In this document: piece by piece, positions 57,031-64,000 of the stretch
Position numbering within the stretch: the first letter of the stretch is position 1
Layout: each line of letters opens with the position of its first letter
DNA from: an uncultured virus (IMG/VR IMGVR_UViG_3300044639_001309)
Lineage: Duplodnaviria; Heunggongvirae; Uroviricota; Caudoviricetes
Direction: 5' to 3' (one strand)
IMG/VR virus record: IMGVR_UViG_3300044639_001309
Span: 1-64,000 of that record
DNA: 64,000 nucleotides
The notes under the pieces: generated by a model
What the model saw: only the letters and a program-made list of their open reading frames with translations
What the model was told of the DNA's origin: nothing
The model's database searches: none
Translations under genes and position numbers: made by a program

Positions 57031-57465
57031 TTATGAAGCGTAGTTAATTGCAATAGTCTTTGGCTTGGCTGAGTCAGGAATTACACGCTCTAGCTTGACA
57101 GATAAGATTCCGTCCTTGGCCACAGCATCCTTAACTTCAACATAATCACCTAGACTAAATATGCGAATAAACTTACGAGCACTAATGCCTTGATGACGGA
57201 AGATATATCCTTCGGGCGTTGTTTCTGTTTTTTCGCCGGTGATAATTAGCTCACCGTCTTTAACAATAATTTCAAGATCGCCTTGATTAAATCCAGCCAC
57301 AGCAACCTGTACTTCGTAGGTGTTTTCACCTGTTTCTACAATGTTGTATGGAGGGTAATTAGTTGCGGCGTGATCGATTTGATTAACAATACGATCAAAT
57401 AGTCTATCAACGCCAATAGCGTTACGATAGAAGGGGGTAATATCAAAAGATGTGATTTTAGTCAT
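57031..57465 (-). CDS. small heat-shock protein (Hsp20/IbpA family)
   Basis: IGVDRLF, NYPPYNI, AVAGF, HQGISARKF and DGIL motifs. Confidence 0.95.
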   Translation of the reverse strand: MTKITSFDITPFYRNAIGVDRLFDRIVNQIDHAATNYPPYNIVETGENTYEVQVAVAGFNQGDLEIIVKDGELIITGEKTETTPEGYIFRHQGISARKFIRIFSLGDYVEVKDAVAKDGILSVKLERVIPDSAKPKTIAINYAS

Positions 57466-57472
57466 GTCATTT

Positions 57473-57526
57473 CTCCTTTATTAAGCAAGTTGACTATACG
57501 TTGTAGCCCGACCATCGGCGCTACAA
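57473..57526 (-). ncRNA. ROSE-like RNA thermometer 5' leader of hsp20
   Basis: CUUGCUU-AAUA-AAGGAG SD hairpin plus an upstream UGUAGC-G-CCGA-UGG-UCGG-GCUACA hairpin. Confidence 0.75.
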
Positions 57527-57557
57527 ACTATATTTATACAGGAAATATCTAGATAAG

Positions 57558-58013
57558 TCAATGTTGTTCGGCTATGTTAGATGTACAGGTGCGCTTGTCT
57601 TTAAAAACAGAAAGAGTAAGACGAGCCACACAAGTCAATTTGCCAGCATCATTTTTTAAATCAATAGCCCACACCTGAATAGAATTGCCCAATTGAATTG
57701 GACGAGCTGTTGCAGTTACCCATCCTCTGTTTGCTGGAGCAATGTGGTTGGCATTAACATCTAGTCCTACACATCGAAAGCCAGGGTCAATTGCATGATA
57801 GGCAGCATAAGATGCCACAGTCTCTGCCAATACCACATTTATGCCGCCGTTTATAACACCCCACGGTTGCATAGTTCTATGATCAACAGGAATACGTGCA
57901 GTTACATAATTGTCACCAATTTCTGTAAATTCAATCCCCACATGTTCTCCACTATTTCCTTTACTCAACGCATTAAGTAAATCCAAAGATATGGGTTTTT
58001 TCCAAATGGTCAC
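57558..58013 (-). CDS. hotdog-fold thioesterase (PaaI/YdiI/MenI-like)
   Basis: PVDHRTMQPWGVINGG...LAET...VGLDVNANH. Confidence 0.9.
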   Translation of the reverse strand: MTIWKKPISLDLLNALSKGNSGEHVGIEFTEIGDNYVTARIPVDHRTMQPWGVINGGINVVLAETVASYAAYHAIDPGFRCVGLDVNANHIAPANRGWVTATARPIQLGNSIQVWAIDLKNDAGKLTCVARLTLSVFKDKRTCTSNIAEQH

Positions 58014-58016
58014 TGA

Positions 58017-58244
58017 TTATTCTCCGGCATTGTTCTTGACGTTTTTGACTTGATATTCGCAGGCTGACCAGGTAATAAAAAATAACGTAAAATGCTCGGC
58101 TTGATTTAATCCGAGTCGATATTTTAAACCCTTGGCCACTTTAGTTGTATAAGGTATGTTGTGTTTTTTTGCCCAAAGAGCAACTGCATCTTCAAGGTCA
58201 TCAAAATTGTCCATTGCTTTTAAAATATCAAATTCAATGTACAT
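58017..58244 (-). CDS. small hypothetical protein
   Basis: Coupled to rpsU; YRL...HFTLFFITW. Confidence 0.55.
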   Translation of the reverse strand: MYIEFDILKAMDNFDDLEDAVALWAKKHNIPYTTKVAKGLKYRLGLNQAEHFTLFFITWSACEYQVKNVKNNAGE

Positions 58245-58456
58245 TAATAAAGTTTTTTTGGAAGCTCTTGGGTTTGTAGATGTTTACGCCAACGTGCTTT
58301 AGCCTGACTTTTTTTAAGTTTTTTTTCTTCTGTTGGCTTTGTATAGTGTTCACGTTCGCGAAGTTCGAGTAATAGTCCCGAGTTGGCTATTTTTTTCTTG
58401 AACTTTCTTAGTGCTTTTTCGATGTTGCCGTCTGTGACAATCATTGCTTTCCCCAA
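58244..58456 (-). CDS. rpsU: 30S ribosomal protein bS21
   Basis: IEKALRKFKKK...LRERE.YTKPT; C-terminal LPKKLY as in betaproteobacterial bS21. Confidence 0.92.
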   Translation of the reverse strand: MGKAMIVTDGNIEKALRKFKKKIANSGLLLELREREHYTKPTEEKKLKKSQAKARWRKHLQTQELPKKLY

Positions 58457-58466
58457 AATATCTCCC

Positions 58467-59663
58467 TTATATGTTATCAGGATTATTTATTAGGTCCGCA
58501 TTGATATTCACGCATTTAATTTCTCGTTTGACATAGTCTCTTAGTTTAAACATGTGTGGCATTAGTGCTCTTTCAACTTCTGATTGCAAAGCTCTTGCTC
58601 CAGTTCCTGAATTAATTGCACGTTTTACAATTGCGTCAATACTGCTAGATTCAAAATTTAATTCCACTTGATCTTGTTTAAAAATCCAACGATATTGATC
58701 CAGGATATTGTGTTTTACTTCGGTTAGCACACGAGTCATCGAGTGCTCATCTAATTCTTCCAAGGTAACCACACTAGGAAAACGTCCTACAAATTCAGGA
58801 ATCATTCCAAAACGCACTAGATCATCAGGAGTAACTTGAGTTAGGTCAGCATCTCTCTTAGAAATCATTTCTGTGTTAAATCCAATATTTGATCCGTTGA
58901 TACGATTTTTTAAAATGCTGTCAAGTCCAACAAATGCACCACCGGTAATAAACAAAATTTTACTAGTGTCGATTTCAATCATCTCGCCGCCAGGGTGTTT
59001 TCTACCACCGGAGTTTGGAATACGACATACAGTACCTTCAACTAACTTTAGCAATGCCTGTTGAACGCCCTCGCCCGACACATCCCGAGTGATACTGGTG
59101 CTTTCACTTTTACGTGCAATTTTGTCAATCTCATCTACAAATACAATTCCACGCTGTGCTTTTTCAACGTCATTGCCCGATGCCGCATATAACCGACTAA
59201 TCAACATTTCAACGTCGTCACCAACATAGCCTGCTTCAGTAATACTGGTAGCATCTGCAATAACAAAAGGAACATCTAAATATCTTGCCACTGTCTTGGC
59301 CAGAAGTGTTTTACCCGATCCAGTTGGGCCAAGCATGAGGATGTTGGCTTTGGATAGTTCAATTTCTGTTCCTATGTTTTGTAGTCGTTTGTAATGATTA
59401 ACAATTGCAACGCTAAGAACAACTTTTGCACGATCTTGACCAATGACGTATTGATCAAGAAATTCTTTGAGTTTCATGGGATCCATGCGTTCTACGTCAT
59501 TAACAATTTCTGCAGGTGGCTGGTCTTCTAACAAGTCCTGGCATAATGTGACACATTCGTTGCAGATTGCAACATCGTCACTGACAATTAGTTTTTTTAC
59601 TACGTCTTTTTCTTTGCCACAAAAGCTACAGGCGTGTTTGTGTTGTTGCAGTACAGCAGTCAT
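58467..59663 (-). CDS. clpX: ATP-dependent Clp protease ATPase subunit
   Basis: CSFC/CNEC zinc domain, [34 protein letters not shown] and IGF loops. Confidence 0.96.
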   Translation of the reverse strand: MTAVLQQHKHACSFCGKEKDVVKKLIVSDDVAICNECVTLCQDLLEDQPPAEIVNDVERMDPMKLKEFLDQYVIGQDRAKVVLSVAIVNHYKRLQNIGTEIELSKANILMLGPTGSGKTLLAKTVARYLDVPFVIADATSITEAGYVGDDVEMLISRLYAASGNDVEKAQRGIVFVDEIDKIARKSESTSITRDVSGEGVQQALLKLVEGTVCRIPNSGGRKHPGGEMIEIDTSKILFITGGAFVGLDSILKNRINGSNIGFNTEMISKRDADLTQVTPDDLVRFGMIPEFVGRFPSVVTLEELDEHSMTRVLTEVKHNILDQYRWIFKQDQVELNFESSSIDAIVKRAINSGTGARALQSEVERALMPHMFKLRDYVKREIKCVNINADLINNPDNI

Positions 59664-61171
59664 TAAATTGGTCCTTGTTTAAGTTTTTCTTCGATTTGGG
59701 AACGTTCACTGTCATTGAGCAGTTCAGGGTCGTACTCGCCTGAACTTATTTTACTAATTAAATAATCAATGTAAGAGTCATTATATACATATCTGTCGGT
59801 TAATTTTTTATCAACTTCAATCCATTTTTGTCCATTGTATTTAAATAACTTGGTTGGTTGGTATGCTGTGTTAAGATACATTTCTCCTTTTGCAGAAGAC
59901 TCGGGTAATTGGTCTCCATAAGGAATGTCTAAATCTTCATTGCCAATATCTAAGTAATCTTCCCATGGGTAATGATCGATAAAGCCTGCGTCAACTAATC
60001 GCCGTTGATTTTTTAAAGTTTCATTGGGGTTATCTGCTTTCCAACGACGTTTAGCTTCTTTGACTGCGTCTGAATCGTTTTCGACCTCTTCTTCGACCTC
60101 TTCTTCGACCTCTTCATTAACTGGGTCACAATCCGGGTTAGCACAAACTAATCCTATGCTGGGTACATCGACCAGTGGTGTACCACATTTTACACAAGGT
60201 ATAGGATCTGATTCAATTGATAGTGTTTCAACTGGATGGGTTTCTGGATTTGTAAACATCCAACCTGGAGGATGTAGGTTGTTCGGAAATAACTCGTCTT
60301 TGATTATCAAGTCACCAGTGGGCAAATCTTCGTTGGCTGATTCTTTGATTTGATCAATTTGATCGTTGGTTAACGGCCCATCGTCTTCTTCGTATGCTGG
60401 TGTTTTTTCTAAATCTTCTCTACGCCACTTTAAACTTTCAGTTGCGGCCAACAACATCATGATAGCCAAGGGATCAAACACAGCAACAATGATAATGATC
60501 ACCCAGGTCACTGCTTTTTCCAGCAAGTTGGCATCAGGGTTATCACCATAGATAAATGAAGCAATGTATTTTATTGGTCCTACTTCGGCTTCTACTTTTC
60601 TAACCTCGGCGGCAATCGGCGCTCGCTCTTCAGCAAATATGCTAATTCTTTTCTGTTCGGCTTCGATTTCAGCAAGGAGACGCCCACGTTCCTTTTGTTG
60701 CGTCCTACGGAGAGCCACGGCTTTATCTGCACCTGTTTCTGAAGTGCTTCGGCCCATGACCTGGTCCACTGCCTCATCCATTTGTTTAAGAGCTTTGCGG
60801 TTTGCATCTATGTTCTCTTTGGCTGTTTTAATTTTTTCATCGTAGACTGCAATCTTGGCCTGCACATCACCTGATACTAGGCTTTGATCACTGTGGGCTT
60901 TTGACAAGAAGCCAAAAATACCCATTGATGTTATTATCATCAATATACCAACTGCAGGCACTAGATACAATTTCATGGTTAACCGGCAACGGTGCCAGTA
61001 TTCGTGTAGCCAGACTGTTACAACTAGTTTAGCAACCTCAAGTATCGACCCCATAATCATGATAGGCACTACTGCCGCGGCAAATATAGCCGCAAGACCT
61101 GCAATTGAATAGAAAGCGGCAATGGCAGATAAAGACAGGGCTATTGCTAAAGTTAGTAGTGACAAAAACAT
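59663..61171 (-). CDS. membrane protein with coiled coil and acidic C-terminal region
   Basis: Four TM segments; EVGPIKYIA...FDPLAI; 12-bp tandem repeat (EEVE) near 60081-60115. Confidence 0.7.
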   Translation of the reverse strand: MFLSLLTLAIALSLSAIAAFYSIAGLAAIFAAAVVPIMIMGSILEVAKLVVTVWLHEYWHRCRLTMKLYLVPAVGILMIITSMGIFGFLSKAHSDQSLVSGDVQAKIAVYDEKIKTAKENIDANRKALKQMDEAVDQVMGRSTSETGADKAVALRRTQQKERGRLLAEIEAEQKRISIFAEERAPIAAEVRKVEAEVGPIKYIASFIYGDNPDANLLEKAVTWVIIIIVAVFDPLAIMMLLAATESLKWRREDLEKTPAYEEDDGPLTNDQIDQIKESANEDLPTGDLIIKDELFPNNLHPPGWMFTNPETHPVETLSIESDPIPCVKCGTPLVDVPSIGLVCANPDCDPVNEEVEEEVEEEVENDSDAVKEAKRRWKADNPNETLKNQRRLVDAGFIDHYPWEDYLDIGNEDLDIPYGDQLPESSAKGEMYLNTAYQPTKLFKYNGQKWIEVDKKLTDRYVYNDSYIDYLISKISSGEYDPELLNDSERSQIEEKLKQGPI

Positions 61172-61173
61172 AG

Positions 61174-61443
61174 TTAGTTATTTACCGGTTTTTTAATCTC
61201 TTGTTTGATCAACTCAACTCCTGTTTTGAGCGTAATCCACACGCCAAATTTAGAATCAGGCACTTCAAACCAAACATCAACTCGAGGGTTATCTGACCAT
61301 CTAATTTTATCAAGTTTACGCCGTACCTTTCCCTGGCAAGACCATTCTTTACCAAACAAGCGGCGACACTCAGCCATGACATTATACCATTGCTGAGAGT
61401 TTTTTATTGCAAAATAAAACTTGTGGGATTTTTTATTTTCCAT
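61174..61443 (-). CDS. small hypothetical protein
   Basis: VWFEVPDSKFGVWITLK. Confidence 0.55.
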   Translation of the reverse strand: MENKKSHKFYFAIKNSQQWYNVMAECRRLFGKEWSCQGKVRRKLDKIRWSDNPRVDVWFEVPDSKFGVWITLKTGVELIKQEIKKPVNN

Positions 61444-61507
61444 CCATATCTTTATCTGCGACCTTCTTTAAGATAATAAAGTTTCTTCATAATGAAGAAT
61501 GGCTATA

Positions 61508-61723
61508 TTATTCTAATCCAAAATGTTTGAGTAAAGCTTTTTCCTTACCGGATACTGTGGCACATTCTCGAACAATGCCTTCAGCAAATAACTGTAATTC
61601 ATCCAGGCGCAAGGCACAGAATAAACTTGGGTTTGCTTTAAATGCATCAAGAAAGTCCTCTTCGTTGAGTTTTTCTTTAAAAGCATTATCAGCAATTTTA
61701 ATAAAATTTTCATGCATAGTCAT
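61508..61723 (-). CDS. hypothetical protein
   Basis: FAEGIVRECA...KHFGLE motif. Confidence 0.6.
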   Translation of the reverse strand: MTMHENFIKIADNAFKEKLNEEDFLDAFKANPSLFCALRLDELQLFAEGIVRECATVSGKEKALLKHFGLE

Positions 61724-63093
61724 AATTTTTCTCCTTGTTCAAATCCACGGAATCGCAAAAATCGAGGAAACCTCAAACTATACGATCCGTCTTGGTTTTG
61801 CGTAACTGCGTCAGCTTCAACTTCAACCACGCACCCCAAAAGTTTATCCCTAGCGGTCCAATACTCATCGCGATCGCTATCAGACAAACCACTGCCAACA
61901 TTAACCCTAATATTTCGGTCATTATCGACTCCTTCACAAATTATAGCACCCAACCGGCCAAGATTGCGACCGGTTCCTTCTTCGAAACCCACAATATCGA
62001 GATCAACAGTAATAGTAGGTTTCCATTTCATCCAAAAGTCTGAACGTTTGCACTCGTAAGGTGCATCCATGTTCTTGATCATGATGCCTTCATAACCTTC
62101 TTGTACTGAAGCTTCGGCAAACCTGCGCATGACATCATGTCCTTCTGCTGTGTCCAAGTCCACATCCATACCGGGCATGATTTGCACACACCCATTTTCT
62201 GGTAACATTGCTTGAGCACGTTTTAAGAGATCAATTCGCTTGTGCTGTTGCAAATTACAAAAGCCTTCACGGAACTCTGTCAACGGCAAGATGTCAAACA
62301 CATGATACACCATGTTGTCTGTTTTAGCATTGCTCTTGCGTTGTGCTTGCTTCATCAAGTCCTGGAAATTCTTGCCCACAATCTCGCCATCCAACACAAA
62401 CTGTCCACCAAAGGCAGAATCACGCTGGAATGCTTTGCGATGTTCTTCGATAAAGTCTGCAATCTGTGGGAAGTTCTCAAACTCTTTGCCATTACGGCTG
62501 TACAATGTACAAGCAGATCCATTCACAACTGCCAACACACGCACACCATCCAGCTTGACTTCCAGGCGTTTGATACCTTTTAACTTTTTGGGCTGGTCTG
62601 TAGAATCCTGGGCCAGTTGGCAACTGAAGATTGGTATCTTCCATTCAGTCTTGCCCAGTACTTTGTTTAGAGTTTTCTCTGAGATACCGCATCTCAAGTC
62701 CTTGATCAACACCCGTCGAGCCAAGTTATTCCACTCGTCTGAGTCAAACATTTGACTGCAAGTTTCGATTGCTTCTCTTGCACGATTACCGGTGACGCTT
62801 CTGGTACGTAGACTTTCTAACAAGGCCCAAAATGTAGTCCAGGGGTTAGGCATACCAGTCAGCCCGTTGGTCTCGGGTACCTGACGGATGTTAAAAGTGT
62901 AGAAAGGATTATAGGCCTGGTAGCAATTAAAGAGGAAACATTGTGCATCGGCACTACCAAGTCTTGCCGCCATTAGTGCTTTTTCAATAGTTTTTTCTTT
63001 GTGTATGCGACTGTCCGAACTTTCCAGATCACGTATCCAGCCTGCGGCCATTGTGTTGTCAAACCTTTCGTCGCTAAAATTAATATCTTGCAT
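61720..63093 (-). CDS. ATP-dependent DNA ligase
   Basis: EVKLDGVR (KxDG), VLDGE, FDIL, EGIMIK, KWKP and SLRFPRF motifs. Confidence 0.95.
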   Translation of the reverse strand: MQDINFSDERFDNTMAAGWIRDLESSDSRIHKEKTIEKALMAARLGSADAQCFLFNCYQAYNPFYTFNIRQVPETNGLTGMPNPWTTFWALLESLRTRSVTGNRAREAIETCSQMFDSDEWNNLARRVLIKDLRCGISEKTLNKVLGKTEWKIPIFSCQLAQDSTDQPKKLKGIKRLEVKLDGVRVLAVVNGSACTLYSRNGKEFENFPQIADFIEEHRKAFQRDSAFGGQFVLDGEIVGKNFQDLMKQAQRKSNAKTDNMVYHVFDILPLTEFREGFCNLQQHKRIDLLKRAQAMLPENGCVQIMPGMDVDLDTAEGHDVMRRFAEASVQEGYEGIMIKNMDAPYECKRSDFWMKWKPTITVDLDIVGFEEGTGRNLGRLGAIICEGVDNDRNIRVNVGSGLSDSDRDEYWTARDKLLGCVVEVEADAVTQNQDGSYSLRFPRFLRFRGFEQGEKL

Positions 63094-63098
63094 AGTAT

Positions 63099-63593
63099 TT
63101 AACTTCCTGTAGAAAGAATAAGTGTACGTGGATCATCTTTGGCAATTTTAAAACCTTCAATGAACATGTGATGTTCATCACCGCTGTCACGGATACAGGC
63201 ATTGGCCGCAACATACAATGCCGACCAAGTTAGTCCATTGATCTCAGAACTCACTGTGTCGTCGCCCCAATGGTCTTTGTATAACACACGATCCACACCT
63301 TCAAAGGGATGACGATCGCCAAGATTGTTTGCGTCGTAGACACTCCAGACAGCTGACAATCCTAGTTGATTTTGAACATCACTATAATGCTCTTGTTTAA
63401 GTTCAAACGACTTGCTGTCTTGTTCGTATGCACTGGTAAGACCTTTGCGAATGTCTGTTGCGGCACGGGCCAGCTTGATGTACAGTTCAGGTTTGAGTAC
63501 TTCTTCAAGCTGTGTTCTGACCTGATCCAACTCCCACAAGGCGTTATGTATAGTCTTGAATTCTTCAGCAGTGAGTGTAGGGCTACAGTTCAT
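63099..63593 (-). CDS. hypothetical protein
   Basis: Ends DSGDEHHMFIEGF...LSTGS. Confidence 0.65.
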   Translation of the reverse strand: MNCSPTLTAEEFKTIHNALWELDQVRTQLEEVLKPELYIKLARAATDIRKGLTSAYEQDSKSFELKQEHYSDVQNQLGLSAVWSVYDANNLGDRHPFEGVDRVLYKDHWGDDTVSSEINGLTWSALYVAANACIRDSGDEHHMFIEGFKIAKDDPRTLILSTGS

Positions 63594-63751
63594 TATAAAT
63601 TATTCCTTAACAAACGACACACCTGATGCCATTATCATTAGACCAAATGATGCTGTCAATGCGGCATAAAATAAATCAAGATCTGTTTGACTGTGCTCAA
63701 TGCCACCAACTGCACCAAAGGCAATCAATAACCCAATCATAATTCTAATCA

Positions 63752-64000
63752 TTATGCTGTTTCCTTTACAGTTTCCAAGGCTTCTGATAACAACACCAGT
63801 TTCTTGTAAAACTTTGTATCACTCTCGTAAGTGTTACCCACATACCAGACCCCATCTTGCATAATGTAATACCATTCTGCACAGCATCCGTCGGCACGTT
63901 CAAAGAACTTGGCAAAGGTTAAATCCACTGCAAAGTCGAAGCCTTCTTCTCCGCGGTCACGACCGTAGAACGTGCATGAATCTCCGTGGTCCAACTTGTA
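63752..64000 (-). CDS. hypothetical protein (starts beyond the right edge)
   Basis: FYGRDRGE...EWYYIM..GVWYV motif. Confidence 0.6.
   Translation of the reverse strand, partial: YKLDHGDSCTFYGRDRGEEGFDFAVDLTFAKFFERADGCCAEWYYIMQDGVWYVGNTYESDTKFYKKLVLLSEALETVKETA

Noticed and set aside
60081..60115. 12-bp tandem repeat as a regulatory or phase-variable element
   Set aside because: It is an in-frame acidic low-complexity linker (EEVE)n; unit changes would not shift the frame.
38..62755. Numerous plus-strand ORFs antisense to minus-strand genes (e.g. 2281..2619, 3868..4245, 44334..44912, 62312..62755)
   Set aside because: They are shadow frames of repetitive or codon-biased genes, with no RBS or recognisable motifs.
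1..64000. Bacterial chromosome origin or alternative genetic code
   Set aside because: Host-like genes are isolated from their normal operons and interspersed with phage structural and hypothetical genes. Conserved genes are full-length under the standard code, and TAA, TGA and TAG all act as stops.
1..64000. tRNA, rRNA or tmRNA genes
   Set aside because: No cloverleaf with a T-loop consensus was noticed by eye in the intergenic gaps. tRNAscan-SE or Aragorn would be needed to exclude them firmly.

Overview
This 64 kb window looks like part of a large T4-like/jumbo dsDNA phage genome. It is AT-rich, densely coding, mostly on the minus strand, and consistent with the standard genetic code. The host is probably a freshwater betaproteobacterium (Burkholderiales-like bS21, PstS and ErpA); this is an inference. 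The left end encodes baseplate/tail-fibre-like proteins. A long 'early' region of small ORFs follows, driven by about 18 near-consensus sigma70 promoters, several with two palindromic operator motifs upstream. Many host-like auxiliary genes are present: erpA, Fe/Mn SOD, infA, nadE, an Hc1-like protein, a SleB-type wall hydrolase, clpP/clpX/clpS, hsp20, rpsU, pstS with a Pho box, a fatty-acid desaturase, uvsE, a thioesterase and an ATP-dependent DNA ligase. There is also a dispersed set of modification enzymes: three amidinotransferases, a UDP-sugar dehydrogenase, a 2OG-Fe(II) oxygenase, a radical SAM enzyme, and asparagine-synthase-like, SGNH and glycosyltransferase-like proteins. The most notable observations are: (1) many leaderless or SD-less starts alongside phage IF-1 and bS21; (2) the same two-hairpin ROSE-like leader on hsp20 and on a phasin-like gene, which also has a PhaR-like box; (3) a SOD with a possible capsid-targeting N-terminus; (4) the amidinotransferase/glycan-like modification toolkit with a shared 40-aa inserted module; (5) two envelope-directed operons. 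No tRNA, rRNA, CRISPR array or transposase was recognised. All product calls come from motif recognition by eye; no database searches were run.
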